Positions 12,530-26,119 of a stretch of DNA of 64,000 nucleotides are shown here, piece by piece. Below the pieces are notes generated by a model, which saw only the letters and a list, made by a program, of their open reading frames with translations, had not been told where the DNA came from and searched no databases. A program made the translations under genes and the position numbers. The stretch covers positions 95,790,001 to 95,854,000 of the forward strand of contig CM069133.1 of NCBI GenBank assembly GCA_035221665.1, written 5' to 3'. Origin of the DNA: Okamejei kenojei. Lineage: Eukaryota. The number at the start of each line of letters is the position of its first letter. The stretch's first letter is position 1.

Positions 12530-12960
12530 ATTGGATAATTCAATATTCATACCATTGAATTGCAAGCAACACAAGCGGAATATGAGGTGCTGCTCCTTTA
12601 AAAGTTTCCAATACGCAACCATTTCTTGCACTGTCCCTGCCCCCTCCCGTTTCTCTGTCCGCATGCTCCCTTCCACCTATATCCGTACCTCTGGCTTCAT
12701 ATTTTCGCTCCTCTTCTTATCTCACAGCTTTTTGGCTTATTTTCACCTCTGGTCTTTGGTCAACTATGCCTACCCAATCCCCCTCACCCTTATCCACCTA
12801 TCACTTGCTAGGCTTTGTCCTGCCCCCACCTCTCTTCCAAATTTCTCCCCCTACTACAATTAGTCTGAAGGCAGATGCCAACCCGAAAGGCTGCCTATTC
12901 ATGTCCTTCAGAGATGCTGCCTGACCCGTTGAGTTACTCCAGCACTTTGTGTCTTTTTAT
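12530..12960. mobile_element. PLE 3' end and pLTR remnants
   Basis: Inverted GIY-YIG C-terminal remnant 12530-12600, pyrimidine-rich UTR, degenerate hammerhead (AGTCTGAAG...CCCGAAAG) and GATGCTGCCTGACCCGTTGAGTTACTCCAGCA. Confidence 0.65.
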
Positions 12961-14051
12961 GAGAAAGTCAGTGTTGTTCTCTTTATGTGGGACACCAGGC
13001 AAAGCCACATATCCAGGTAGCCATTCGTCCCATCTGCATCATTGTAAGTCGGCATGATTGCTGATCTTGGCAGGCAGGTCATGATTCAACTCATGATTTC
13101 ACCTTTATACCCCATTGAATCTGATCTCTGGTGGGACCTAGAAGCAAAGTAGTTGAGGACATTATTTGATAGCCAATGGTGAAGAACCACTAGATTCAGC
13201 TGGCCACAGATCTTGATTGCAATCAAATCCAAAATGAGCAGGAAACCTCCCAGTCCATTCCTAGATCCCTGTACATACCTGGAATGAAATAAGGCACTTC
13301 CAAGCTGCAATCTAAAACTGGAAATGTGGTAGCATTTACAAAGGGTGCGCCAGGTTTCCAGCAAAAAATTTGGTGCACGGCACTTCCATTTCTTCATGTG
13401 TGCTCAATAAAGGTTGAGCTCTTGGTCATCATCCAGATCATTCTCAAACCTCTCAGCAGTTCTGTGCCACAGGGAATGACAGCACATAAAAAAGAACAAT
13501 CTCAGGATGAAGGTCAGATAATTTCAGTTTTAAAATCCTTTGATGGCCCCATTTTCAAGTTTATAGAAGTAGATGCTAGTGAGGGAATGAGAGAGGATGA
13601 CCTTTTCCATATTTAGGTTTATATAATCCTGCTCTTCATAAAGCCTCACATTACAGCAGAGCACAAACATCACTGCACTGCAAGGTTAGTATTATCTGAA
13701 TAAGTGTTTTACATCCAGTAGCTGGTCCACTTTGTCTCTACTGTCATAAACCAGCCTGTTTTTTCACTGAAATTGCAGAAACCAGAATGTCAGAACGCAC
13801 AGTGCCACTCACTCCACTTGTAATCATAATGGAAACTTATCTTGTCCAAAGCAGCTCAATCCCTTCCTCTATGCCACATTGGCAAAAAATTGTTCACAGA
13901 ATTTATATTGAAACTCAGTGACTCAATATAAGGAATAGATAGATTTTTTTATCAGGAGATCCAAATTACATTTCAAAGCAAAACATGTTGAATTTTAGAT
14001 CTTTCCAAAATAGGTAACATTGATGGTGAATAACAACAAATGGATGTAAAA

Positions 14052-14346
14052 TAGTGGCACAGTATCGTAGCTGGTAGAGCTGCTGCCTCACAACGCTAGA
14101 GACCTGGGTTTGATCCTGACCTCGGGTGCCGTCTGTGCAGTTTGCACGTTTTCCCTGTATTTTCCAGTTGTTCCGGTTTTCTCCCACATCCCCAAAGACT
14201 TGTGCATTTGTGAGTTAATTGGCCTCTATCAATACCAAGTGTGTAGGGAGAGGATGCAACTGTGGGATGACATAGAACTAGAGCAAATCGGTGATCAATG
14301 GTCAGTGTGGATTGCACTGAAGGGCCTGCTTCAATGCTGTATCTTT
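14052..14346 (+). mobile_element. tRNA-derived V-SINE (HE1-like)
   Basis: A-box-like GTAGCTGGTAGAG, B-box-like GGTTTGATCC, V-domain TTTGCACGTTTTCCC...GTTTTCTCCCACATCCCCAAAGAC, CR1-like tail GAAGGGCCTG. Confidence 0.85.
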
Positions 14347-15423
14347 CAGTCAATTAATTGAATCCATGTAATCTGACAAATGCTGATTATCCAGTCTGAT
14401 GACTTGGAGTTAATTTTAAGCCCCAGGAATACATGGGTTTGTAAATTAGAAGCGTTTGAAAGCAACTATACTGCCCCAGATCCATTTTAATAGAGGGAGG
14501 AAGGTCATCCAAACAATTACTTTGCATTCGGCAAAAACAATCATCTATTTTTGAGAAAAAGAACATGCAAACAAGTATTTTAAAACCGTATTGTTATTCT
14601 TTGGTGTAAAACTGCTGACATTTCTACTTTTTTATTGTTAAAAACTGTTAATTACCGAAAGCAATTGTGCTTGGTCATTTTAAATGTGTAAAAATATGCT
14701 TAATTTGTTTATATTTCAATAGCTTGATACACATGAAATTAACTGCTGGTGACAGTATTATACGTAAAATAAATGCCTCTGTTAAATAACCCAAAATACA
14801 CTTTACACTAATTTATTAAATATCATTGTAATTATCACATTATTAATTCACTCATTGTTATATTTTACAATTAATTTGATTCATTAAATCACCACTGAAT
14901 GTTACTTTCATAAGAGTATTGCAATGTAGGAAAGAAGCATCCTGTCAAAGCCAGTAAAAAGGCCATCTCATGTGTAAAAAGATATTAAATATATTCACAT
15001 TTTCCCTGGCAACAGTTATAAATATCATTCACAGTAATGTATTCAGCACATTATAAATGTGTGTTCAATATAATGTGGTAACTTACATTACCCTATAAAA
15101 CATTGTTCCTTTAAACAACTTCTGAACAAGGTGCAGTGGGTTAACAAATAATTTTTAATCAGAGACTGTGGGCTTCTGATCGCATTCGTTCATCTCTCCT
15201 GAAAATTAGCACCAATCAACATTTTATAAGGCTAAAAGTTGTTGACAAATGTATTCAAAAATAGGATTGTATTCTTATTTGCCTTGGCAGGCAATAGAAG
15301 TGAAAAATCAATAATGGTAGCATTGTATAATCCTTCTTTTGCACAATGTCTGCAGTCTTGTCCTGTTGTAAACACATTTTTTTAACACGTTGGATTACCC
15401 ATCAAAATAAAAAAAATAGGTAG

Positions 15424-15572
15424 GACAGCACAGTGGTACAGCTGCTGCCTCACAGTGCCCAAGACCAGGATTTGATCCTAACCTTGGATACTGTTTATGT
15501 GGAGGTAGAATTTTCTCGTTGTGACCGTGTGGGTTTCCTCCGGGGATCAGTTTTTTTCCCCCACATTTCAAT
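15424..15572 (+). mobile_element. V-SINE 5' part
   Basis: GCACAGTGGTACAGCTGCTGCCTCACAGTGCC...GATTTGATCC...GTGGGTTTCCTCCGGG...CCCACAT. Confidence 0.75.
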
Positions 15573-15993
15573 AACGCATGTAGTGTTTCAAACATAGTTG
15601 AAATCCACATATTTAATGTTGGTATAGGAGCATTTTTCCAGAATTTTAAGATTAGTGTTTTTCTTATTATTAAGCCGTAATCAAATAAATTCTTTTGATA
15701 CGCATTTAATTCCGGACTACCTTCTGTCATTCCGAAAATAATCCATTCTGGCTTTGGTGTCATTTTTATTTTAAACACTTTTGTGAAAATTTCAAAGATT
15801 TCAATCCAAAACCTTTGAATTTTTGTACAAAAGATGAATGAGTGCGCTATTGTAGCTTCTTGACAGTGGCATTTATCACAAATTGGTGAAGCATTAGGGA
15901 AAAGTTTATTTAATTTAGTTTTTGAGTAGTATAATCTATGTATAATTTTAAATTGTATTAAAGTGTGTCTTACATTAATTGAGCATTTGTGTA
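15573..15993 (-). mobile_element. L1 ORF2 C-terminal fragment
   Basis: KCSINVRHTLIQFKIIHRLYYSKTKLNKLFPNASPICDKC...PEWIIFGM...LKFWKNAPIPTLNMWISTMFETLH; paralog of 563-1100. Confidence 0.88.
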
Positions 15994-16619
15994 AGCCATT
16001 TTAATAATAAGATTAAATGAGAACTTAACAGTTTGAAGTTTGATCTTTATTTTATGAGGAGTTACGATGAACGATTATGTGAAGAACCCCACCAGTCGGC
16101 ATGCGCGCCAATCTTCAAAGTAGCGGTGTGAAATCACAGAACAACAATTGAAGTATTATAGTAAGATTATAAACCTAGAACTACCAGATGAGCTTCATGA
16201 TATGAGGGTTGGGAGCAGTGGGCACGTAATCGCTCATCGTAACGCCTCATAAAATAAAGATCAAACTTCAAACTGTTAAGTTATCATTTAATCTTATTAT
16301 TAAAATGGCTTACACAAATGCTCAATTAAGTTCTAGTTTAATCTTACTATTTTACTTCGGAGTCACGTGAGTGATTCCGTGATTTCAAAGATCTGTGATT
16401 TCACGCCGATTCAAATCCAGGCGTCTCACACTGCAATCAGTTGACTCAGGAGGAGTGAATAATTAGCAATACATTGAAACATGATACTGATTAACATGTT
16501 AATGCTTTAATTCACAAATAAACAAATATACAATAGCGACTCCTCTCTCCCAGGGAGAAGCTATAAAACAGAATTTAAAACAGAATGGGCGAACACCCCG
16601 GATTCAACAAGCGGCTTAT

Positions 16620-17470
16620 AAATAAAACCTCTGAAAAGTCAATTCATTTGACCATCCTGCGGCTGCAAGGATATGGTCAAGAGGGACGTCCATTGCCCTC
16701 GCCGCTGACGTTGATGCCGCCCTGGTGGAGTGAGATTTAAAATTGTCAGTATTAAACTCCTGCACACCCCAACACTTGTTTCAGCCATCGTGAAATGGTC
16801 TGAGCTGACACTTTCATATGTAGCTTTTGATGGCTAATAAACAATGCTTCCTCAGAGCCTCTAAGACTCTTCGTGACTTCAATATAACGGCGCAAGTGCG
16901 CCACTACACACAGCCGTAAATCCGTGGGATAAGCTGACAGTACAAGCTTAAATCCAGACACCCTTGGTCTGCTTTGTTTAATTAGGTCATAGATGTAAAA
17001 TTTAGCATCATTCTGTGATGACACCATCCTGTCCAGGTGCAGTTTGTGCAAGGTCTGAACCCTTTGTGCTGATACGAGCGCCATGAGCATAACCAACGTA
17101 AGGGTAATCTTTGTTAAGGACAAGGATGTGGCTGTACCCCATTGATGAAGCAGCGTCAGTACCATGCTCACATCCCAGATTTCAGAATACCTGGGGGGAT
17201 TAGAATTAAAAACACCCTTCATAAATCTGGAGATTAACGGATGAGATTGTACAGACTGAAGTTCTGACCCCCAGCATAGGTATGATGACAAGGCACTCCT
17301 GGCACTGCTGATGGCACTATAGCTCAATCCTTCATCGAAATGTAACTTGGACAGAAATTCGAGCACATCTGGGATGGAGGCTGTGTGGTATGTAATGTTC
17401 CCCTGTAAATGCTGTGATGACATCCACGGTCAGATTGGATAGTTCCAGACCCAGATATGGCCTTCTTAAA
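16620..17470 (-). pseudogene. DIRS tyrosine recombinase (disrupted)
   Basis: GLSYSAISSARSALS...ALVSAQRVQTL...LCVV...ISRWLKQVL, then HSTRAAST...ILAAAGWSN in the continuation. Confidence 0.9.
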
Positions 17471-19200
17471 ATCTGCAAATGAACAAATCTAGATGAGCAT
17501 ACAGCGGGTGTTGACCTCCAGTCACAGGGTGCACCAATAGATTATGACGTTTTGGAACCACCACAATAGGCTGTGTAATAATGTCCGAAACGAGAGGGAA
17601 CCATGGCTGTGAAGGCCAGTCGGGTACCACCAAAACCCCTTAAGTGGAGTCCTGCTTGATCTTAGTCAAGCACCGAATGATGAGGCAGAAGAGGGGGGAA
17701 ATGCATATAAAAACATTCCGCCCCAGTGCAGAGAGAACGCATTCACCGCTACTGCCTCTAGATCTGGTTCCCATGAAACATACTTCGGTACCTGGTGATT
17801 GAGTCTGGATGCAAACAAATCGATATCTGGCATCCCATACCAGAGAACAATTTAATTAAATACATCATGATTCAACATCCACTCAGTGTTGTCATTGAAT
17901 TTGCATGACCTGGTGTCTGCAACCATATTGAATCTGCCTGGCAAGTAGACAGCTGAAATCCAAATATTATTTTTAATGCACCAGTGCCAAATAAGGTTAG
18001 CCAATCCATCACAAGATTTCGACTTGAATCCACCCATGTGATTAACATATGCCACTGACGTGGTGTTATCAATCTGAAGCTAAACATAGTAAGTGATGCT
18101 TAGTGGTACAGTAAGCCTTGAGTCCATAAAATGTTGCTAAAAGCTCTAAAAAAATAATTCCATGTGATTGGAGAATCAACGCCTCATGCATATTCCATCT
18201 GCTCCACAGCTAGACCTGGGTTTTGTTCTTCACGTTGTAGCACCCCACACCAACATCCAACATAGGGTAACTACTAACATTAGTCTATTGCCAAAACAAC
18301 AGAAGGCGAATTGCGATCCAATCAATGATTTTGCCTAGAAACAAATTTGGAATATGTTTCTAATCCACAGTAATTAAGGGCCTTCATGGAGTGCTGGTAT
18401 TTAGTGCATGGGCCGATTGATGACCTGCCTGTATTATTTCCTCAGTGCCTGTTAACCTTTGACCTCAGTAAAAAATGTAAATGTTGTTGGCTAATGCATC
18501 AAGGTCCACTATTGCACAGCTAGGAAAGGCAGCTACCAATTAAGCTGACCCCCCCCCCCCCCCCCCCCCCCACACGGTGGATAACTGAACCCAAACTTCT
18601 CATAACCCATGACGTTTTTAACAGACTGTATACTAATAACTCGGCTGCCACGAAGGGGGTTTCCCAATTTATTAAAATTCATCCTAATTAGGCCATTACA
18701 ATATGGGCCCTTGTGGACCCAGTAGTAACCCCAACAGTAAACTGGTTTTTAGCTGCTTTGTAAATATGCGATGGCGGCTTAGAGGTCTAACCCATTAGGC
18801 AATGAATCTCGAAATTGCATAATTGCCCCATCAGCATATTAAATTTCAAATTATCTCTGATACTCTATTTATCGACCATGGCCACTAGAATATATATGCA
18901 TCCTGGAAGATCTTTACATGCCATATAACACACTCTGGAAATCAAATTGCTTTGGCCAGTAGCAACGATTTCAATTTTTTTAAATGATTATACTGCACAA
19001 ATGGATTATTAAGTGCTGTCAGGTCCAACATAACTTCCAAACACAACACCATACATTCTTTGGTCTAGGAAACAATTAGATACAAATTGATGAGTTTGAT
19101 AAACTGTCTACTCAATTACACCTTTAAAAATAATTTTGCTATTTCAGCTTGAATCTCCAAATTCTCCATTGTGAGAAAATGAGTGCCCGCTCTGGCTTGT
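17470..19200 (-). pseudogene. DIRS pol (RT, RNase H, adenine-methyltransferase-like), heavily disrupted
   Basis: AYVNHMGG...YLPGRFNMVADTRS...EWML; DIDLFASRLNHQVPKYVSW; VLVVPDWPSQPWFP. RT region 18250-19200 is recognisable but full of indels. Confidence 0.8.
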
Positions 19201-20714
19201 GCTGGGTGGGTGGACCCAGGTTGGGAATAAATTAAATTTGAAATTTCTCACTCAATATGTTTCGACAGACACTGACCCACCTACCTCCATGGTTACGGTG
19301 GTTGTTCTTTGTCCCCTGGTTCTGGAGGGTAAAATGGCGAATGTTCTGACCGTGCAGTGCTCATGCTGGGGTGGGACGTGCGCCAAGCTTGCGCACATTG
19401 ACATGGCCCGGCTTGTCCCCCTCTAGACTTGCCAGATCCGGTTTCAGCAAACACGTTTGTAGGGGTACTGCTTTCCGATCGAAGGGTTCTGCTGTGGTCA
19501 CTGGTGCCTTTGATGAGCATCCTGATGGGTTTTAGCATCTCATCCAGCCTCCTTCCACCTTCACCCGACTTTGCGAAGAGGGGTTCTTCCCCGAGAACAG
19601 CAGAGTTTGGTTGGGTGGAATTTTGGAGTTGTTACTATGCTTACACCAGGGCAAAAAGCTCACCGGCTTTACTTGGTGGAGGGCAGATGGCGTCTTCATA
19701 TGCAGTTTGAGTCTGCATATGGCAATTGCTCATGATAAGCGGGGATCATGGCTGAACGGTCAGTCAGGTGCACATTCTTCCATCCACCTGACTACTACCT
19801 ACTGAAAGCCGTAATGCCCGATGCGAGCAGCTTCAGCACAACTTTGCAGTTTTTTATTCTCTGCCTGCGAAGCAAGCTTTTCAGCACGGGGGAGTATTTA
19901 ATCTCGGCACCCTGGATGCCTACGTCCCATATGGCCCCAGATGGCATGGTTTACGGCCAGGTACTTTTTTTAAGCAGGTTACAAGTCTGGGCCGGGGAGG
20001 TTTCGTAACTTTTGGCCGTTGTATCCAATGGCCAGCTCCTGAGGCTGGTTGTGATGCCAAGTGATTTTATACATGGCAGCCTGCTCTTCCCCAATGGCTC
20101 TCCGCGTCTATTGGCCCGACCGGTCAAATCCTTGCGCCAGGCACCCTAGGTTAAAATTAATTAATGCTTTAATTATTTTATTTAGGACCTCTGGGCTCAT
20201 GCCATTCGTCCCTTGGGGCAGCCTCAATGAATGCTGCGAAGCTCGCCACATTATTTCGCGTCAGATATCTTTACTGTACCGGCATTATGCTTCTCCGCCC
20301 TCAAGAATGAGGCAGCCCTGTAGTTTGTGCTGACTGGCGCGAGTCTTGAAGGAGAGGCCGGCACTCTTGATAGAGCATCCTCTCAGTATTGGAGCTCATC
20401 CTGGCTATATCCGTGCTATGGTATCCATTCTCGAGGGAGTAAAATCCATCCCGATCAGGACTCGTCCAAGTCTTTCTTTCGGAGCGTGAGACTTTCTAGT
20501 GGCCTCTAGGAACAAACCCTGCCATCCGGCGGTGTCACACGGTTGCCTCAGACACCAACGGTGCTGGTCCTTCTATTAGACACTCAAGTTCGATAGTTTG
20601 CTGTGTCTTACGTAAACGCAAAAGGTTAGTTTATTCACCCTTGGTCCCCGCCGAACCTCGCATCCGCAGTGGGAGTGGGATTAAAATTCAAGTGAGGTTT
20701 ATTTCGGCTCCCAC

Positions 20715-20723
<9 letters not shown>

Positions 20724-20804
<81 letters not shown>
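20724..20804 (+). repeat. Poly(A) run, 81 nt
   Basis: Direct observation. Confidence 0.95.
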
Positions 20805-20805
<1 letters not shown>

Positions 20806-23300
20806 ATAGGTAGGTAGTGTTATAGTTAGTTTATTTAACCCTTTTTTCCCCGCCGAAACCTCTCGCATCGCAGTGGAGATGCGCTATACACCTTGGCATC
20901 AGCATTGGGGGCCCATCCACCATGCATCCGCAACCAGGTCGACCCTCACCTCGCACTGGTCCCCACCCAAACATTTGCAGCCGCACTCGGCCCATCCAAC
21001 ATCTCGCGCCGGAACTGAGGGAACTATCTCTGAACATCGCCGGCGGGGGACCGGGGTTCTCCGAACATGGCCGTCGCAGCATGCCCTATCTCCACCTCGT
21101 CCACCTCACCGGGCTGGGACCCGGAACCACACTGACACCACCGAACCATCCTGCCCACCGGGACACTCCCCCACGCATCGCCCGCCGACCCCCCGGACCT
21201 CTACTGCCCGCGGATCCCTTCCCATCGGTTCCGCCGACCGTCGCCACTCCACACCCTCCCAAGCAGCAGTTTCACCTAACCTGCAACCTGGGACCCCAGC
21301 ACCAGGGCCCTGAAGCCTCCACGCTGCTATTGTTGCACAATACCCTTTGGGGGTTTGACGGCACTGGGTTATCACTCAGTGCGTCAGTCGTCCCAACACC
21401 TGGAACCTCAGAGGCTGTTTCCACTGGGTCTTCCCCACCCCCTCAAACTTTGTGACCCCTGCTCCCCCACCCACACTACAGTCCTCATTACCCCCCCCCA
21501 CCTGATCACTCGCTACCCCCCCCCCCCCCCACCAGATCGCCTCGGCCTCAGTTCACTCACCTGCCTTCCTCCGGCCACAACCCCCATCCCTGCCGTGTGT
21601 TCACCATCCCCCCTGCCTCCCCCTCTCCGACACTGAACGGTCTGTCCTCAGCAGAGGTCTTACTTTTGTCTCCCTCCATCCCCACCTCAATGAGTTCCGC
21701 GCCCAGCACGACTTGGAGCACTTCTACCGTCGCCTCCGCCTCACAGCGTTCTTCCATGGGAAGGAGTCCTCGCCCCCTATTGATGATACCTTTTGCCATC
21801 TCCAACGAATCCCCTCCTCGTGGACCCCCCCCCCCCATGGCCTGCCGGCTTTAGACTCTTTTATCCAAAACTGCCGGTGGGACATCAACTGCCTCAATTT
21901 CTCCGCTCCCCTGTCTCACTCGAATCTCTCCCCCCCTGAACATACAGCCATCAACTCACTCCGGAACAACCCAGACTGGGTGATCAAACCCTCCGACAAG
22001 GGAGGTGCCGTGGTAGTTTGGCATGCTGATCTCTACAAAGCTGAGGCCATGCACCAACTCTCGGACACCTCCTCCTATTTACCCCTGGACCATGACCCCA
22101 CTGACAAGCACCAGGCCACTATCTCTAGCACCATCACCGACTTCATCAACTCCGGCTTCCTGCCCCCCCTCCGCGCCTCCAACCTCATCGTTCCCCAGCC
22201 CCGTACAGCCCGATTTTACTTTCTCCCCAAAATCCACAAACCTAACTGTCCTGGTAGACCCATTGGCTCTGCCTATTCGTGCCCTACCAAACTTATTTCC
22301 ACATACTTTGAATCTATCCTATCCCTCCTGGTTAAATCCCTCCCTACCTATATTCAAGACACCTCAGACACTCTCCGTCGTCTCCGGGCATTCCATTCTC
22401 TAAGTCCCCATCCCCTCATCTTCACCATAGACGTCCAGTCACTCTACACCTCCATCCCCCACCAGGATAGTCTCAAAGCCCTCCAGTTCTTCCTCGACCG
22501 GAGAATCAACCTATACCCATCCACTGATACTCTCATCCGCCTAGCGGAGTTGGTCCTTACCCTCAATAACTTCTCGTTTCACTCCTCCCATTTCCTCCAA
22601 ATATAAGGCGTAGCTATGGGCATGCACATGGGTCCCAGCTATGCCTGCCTCTTTGTCGGTACGTCAAACAATCCTTGCTCGAGGTATACCAGGGCCCCAT
22701 CCCCGACCTCTACCTCTGTTATTTTGACGATTGCTTTGGTGCTACCTCCTGCACCCACACCCAACTGACTGACTTCATCCACTTCACCACTAACTTCCAT
22801 CCGGCACTCAAATACGCCTGGGCCATTTCCGACACTTCCCTACCATTTCTTGACCTCACTATATACATCGCCAGTGATAGGCTTCTGACCGACATCCACT
22901 ATAACCCCACTGACTCCCATGGCTATCTAGACTACTCTTCTTCCCACCCTGCTTCCTGTAAGGACTACATCCTCCACTCCCAATTCCTCCGTCTACGCCA
23001 CATCTGCTCCCAGGATGAGGTGTTTCACACCAGGACATCAGAAATATCCTCCTTCTTCAGGGAATGGGGGTTCCCCGCCCCTACTATAGATGAGGCTCTC
23101 ACCAGGGTCTCTTCCATACCCCGTAATAGTGCTCTCTCCCCATCCCCCCACTCACAACAATGCAGAGTCACCCTAGTCCTCACCTTTCACCCCACTAGCC
23201 ACATACAACAAATAGTCCTGCGTCATTTTCGCCACCTCCAACATGACCCCACCATGCCACATCTTCCCATCTTCCCCCCCCCCCCCCCCCCCCCCTTCCC
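20805..23300 (+). mobile_element. Penelope-like element with RT; GIY-YIG part missing
   Basis: VIKPSDKGGAVVV, FYFLPKIHKPNCPGRPI, FTIDVQSLYTSIPH, GVAMG, YFDDCF, LPFLDL, SSSHPASCK (ORFs 21713-22606 and 22675-23442). Confidence 0.92.
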
Positions 23301-24130
23301 TTCCCTCCCACACCACCCGAAGTCCACAGGCCGAGCAGGGCAGAGATTCATGCTGTGGCGGCCCTCGGCAAAGGGATCCCAGGTCTCCGCTTTAAATCAG
23401 CGCAGCCCGAGGCTGGGAGCTCCACAAACCACAGCTCCATGATGTTGAAGCAGCGGGCCCAACACTCCAGAGCTTCAAACGCCGATCCAGATAAGGCATC
23501 GCCCGCACCGCGGTGAATCCAATATCTATTTTAAAACCAACTGTTTAATGACAACATACAGTAGGATCTAAAAGTGTTACACTGTCACTGTCAGGTAGTC
23601 ATGGTCCTCTAGTCGTGGGGGTGGGGGATTGGGGGGGGGGGGGGGGGTGGTCACAAGTGAAATAGCTTAGGGCCTCTCTGCATCTAAATCCGGCCCTGAG
23701 CTCCATCCTGGATACCCGTTGAACAGTATCCATTCTTGAGGGAGAACCCTCCCGACCGGACTCGTCCAAGTCTATCGGCCGGACAGACTTTCGGATGGCC
23801 TTACACCCCTCCGGCGTAGCCACGGTGCACTCCGACACCAAGTCTGTAGTCGCTGGTCTCACTACTAGCGACTTTGTAGGTGAGCTAGGCGGCCGCCTGC
23901 TACCCGCACTACCGCGGGCATTGGACACTTTTGCTACAGATCGCCTTGCTGCTAACGATTTCTTCATGCTTGAACTTGCCCTCCTGTAACAAGATTTAAC
24001 AAGCGCAGAAAATCGACCTCCAACAAGTTTCTCCCTTGCTTCTCTCGCTGCGTCATGCGTCAGACGTAATGACGCGCATGCCGACTGGCGGGGTTCTTCA
24101 CGGAATCACTCACGTGACTCCGAAGTAAAA

Positions 24131-24775
24131 CTTCCGTTTCCAGTCTCACACCAGTGTCTGACTTCAGTGTCATCCATTGCTAGGGTGAGGTCAAATGTAA
24201 TCTAGAGGAACAGCACCTCATATTCCACCTGGGTAGGCTACAACCTCTTGGTATGTACATTGAATCCTCCAATTTCAGGTAACCCACCGACCTCTGTCCG
24301 TTTCTCTTTCATCATCTACCCAGGTTCTTGCACAACCCCCATTCTTTCCCCCACCCCTATCGCCCAGTTTCTCTCCCCTTGTATTCCATCAGCCCAACAC
24401 CCACATACTCCTTCCACTGGAGCCCCTATCATCTCTCTTCACTGTTCCCATCTGCCCAACATCTTCCCCCTTATTTGGTTCCACTCTTCCTTTCTTATCA
24501 GATTCCATCATCTGCGGCCCTTTGTTGACTCCACTTATCACCTTCCAGCCTCTATTATTGTCCCCACCTTTTCTTCCCCTACCTGGCTCCATATGCTCCC
24601 AATCCCTCTATTTACCATCCCAGATCTTGCCCTGTCCTCCCCAGTAAAGGCATTGTTATACTGTCTGTCTACAATCTATACTTTCAATCCAGATGAAGAA
24701 TCCAACCTGAAATATCAACTACACATTTCCCACCGCAGATGCTGCCTGACCCATTGAATTCCTCCTTTGGTTTGT
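24131..24775 (+). mobile_element. Old PLE 3' end plus pLTR; target of DIRS A
   Basis: LEEQHLIFHLGRLQPLGMYIE-like GIY-YIG C-terminus; joining 15994-16004 to 24131 restores AGCCATTTTAACTTCC (HFN motif); pLTR remnant 24685-24775. Confidence 0.7.
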
Positions 24776-26119
24776 TTTATGAAGCACATAAAGCTTCAGG
24801 TCCGAGTCCCTTCGTATGAACCAGATAATGTCCTACTTGCCTTCAATTGATCTTCCCCGTATTATGTAATTGTCAAATTTTGCTTTTGGCTTTCAAATAT
24901 GTACAAGGATTCAATGCCACACTTTTGAAATGACAACTCATTCAGACTAAAATAATATTAATCAAGACAGATTTCTGTTAGATTGGATGAGCAATCCAAT
25001 GTGAAGTGGAACTACAAAGCAACTCCAGGGGGCTGATGACCAAGATGTTTTTATAAAAACAGAACACAAAACAATGGTAAAGTGTTCATTTTCCAGGTAC
25101 ACAGTAACCTGCTGTAATAGTGGGAGGTAAATGTGAGTGGTAGGTCCATAAAATTGAAAGTAAGTGATGAGATTAATAAAATCAAAGTAAAAGGGCCTTC
25201 GATTCAACTAATTGGAAATATATTTATAAAAATCCATTTACCAGCAATCGTTAAACAGCCTTTATCAAAGAACAAAAAGAACAGAAGCAGACAAAACCTA
25301 CTTCATACAATTTAAATATTATTTTGTATGTGTGCGCATTCATGTGCCTAGGGCAAATAAATATGCTAAATTAATTTTGCTGTAAAATAATGCATGAATG
25401 TTCAGTTCAAGAATTCAGTTAATCCACATAAAATTATATTTGCATGGACATCCAAGATTTGAAAAAGAAATTTCAATTTGAAAACTAATTCCACCAGGAA
25501 ACTGATGGAATGACTTTCAGGTTGTACATTTTCTGCTCTGTTGCCACAGATTTCAACGAAATGTTTAATGCTTTATAACTGTAATTATTCTTTTGTGCTG
25601 TCATTAAACTTTTTTAAAGTTTCATTCGGAGACTTTGCAGAAACTCATCTTTTTTACAGCCTCATAAATAGTACTTTGATAAAATGAGGGTGAAAAAAAA
25701 TCAATGATTGGCTGCAATGCATGCAAAATACTTTTCCTTGTGCGATATCAGCCCATATAATGAAAAATAAAATAAAAAACTTTTAATGAAGTACTTTCCT
25801 GCACACGACTCATGACTATAATTTTTAATTTAATTTATCATTTTGCAACAGCTAGTGTGCGTCAATGTCTGATGAATACTGCTGTCAGAAAGCACTGCTG
25901 TCTTCTATGTAGATGTATTATCAAAAAAATACAGTCTTGGAATATACTTGTGATTAACCTGTTTTCTTAGTGTTAAAAATAATTGCACTGATCAACCTAA
26001 CTGGTTTGCATTTTAATGAGTTACAGGAAGAAAATGCATACCTGATGTTTCTAAGTGGTCTATCAATAGCCTTGTATGGTTTCTCCATCAAAAACCTAAA
26101 ACATCCTAGGGAACAGAAC

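Larger units (their letters stand above)
16005..24130 (-). mobile_element. DIRS1-type retrotransposon A (both ITRs plus ICR), with nested PLE
   Basis: Right terminus 16005-16110, ICR ~16220-16382, left ITR ~24070-24130 with matching family-specific sequence (GAAGAACCCCACCAGTCGGCATGCGCG vs CGCGCATGCCGACTGGCGGGGTTCTTC). YR 16752-17423, RH/MT 17500-18200, gag N-terminus 23599-23967. Confidence 0.9.

Noticed and set aside
16620-17470. Phage integrase or bacterial contamination
   Set aside because: The recombinase and MT-like domains lie within DIRS1 ITR/ICR architecture and are nested with vertebrate repeats.
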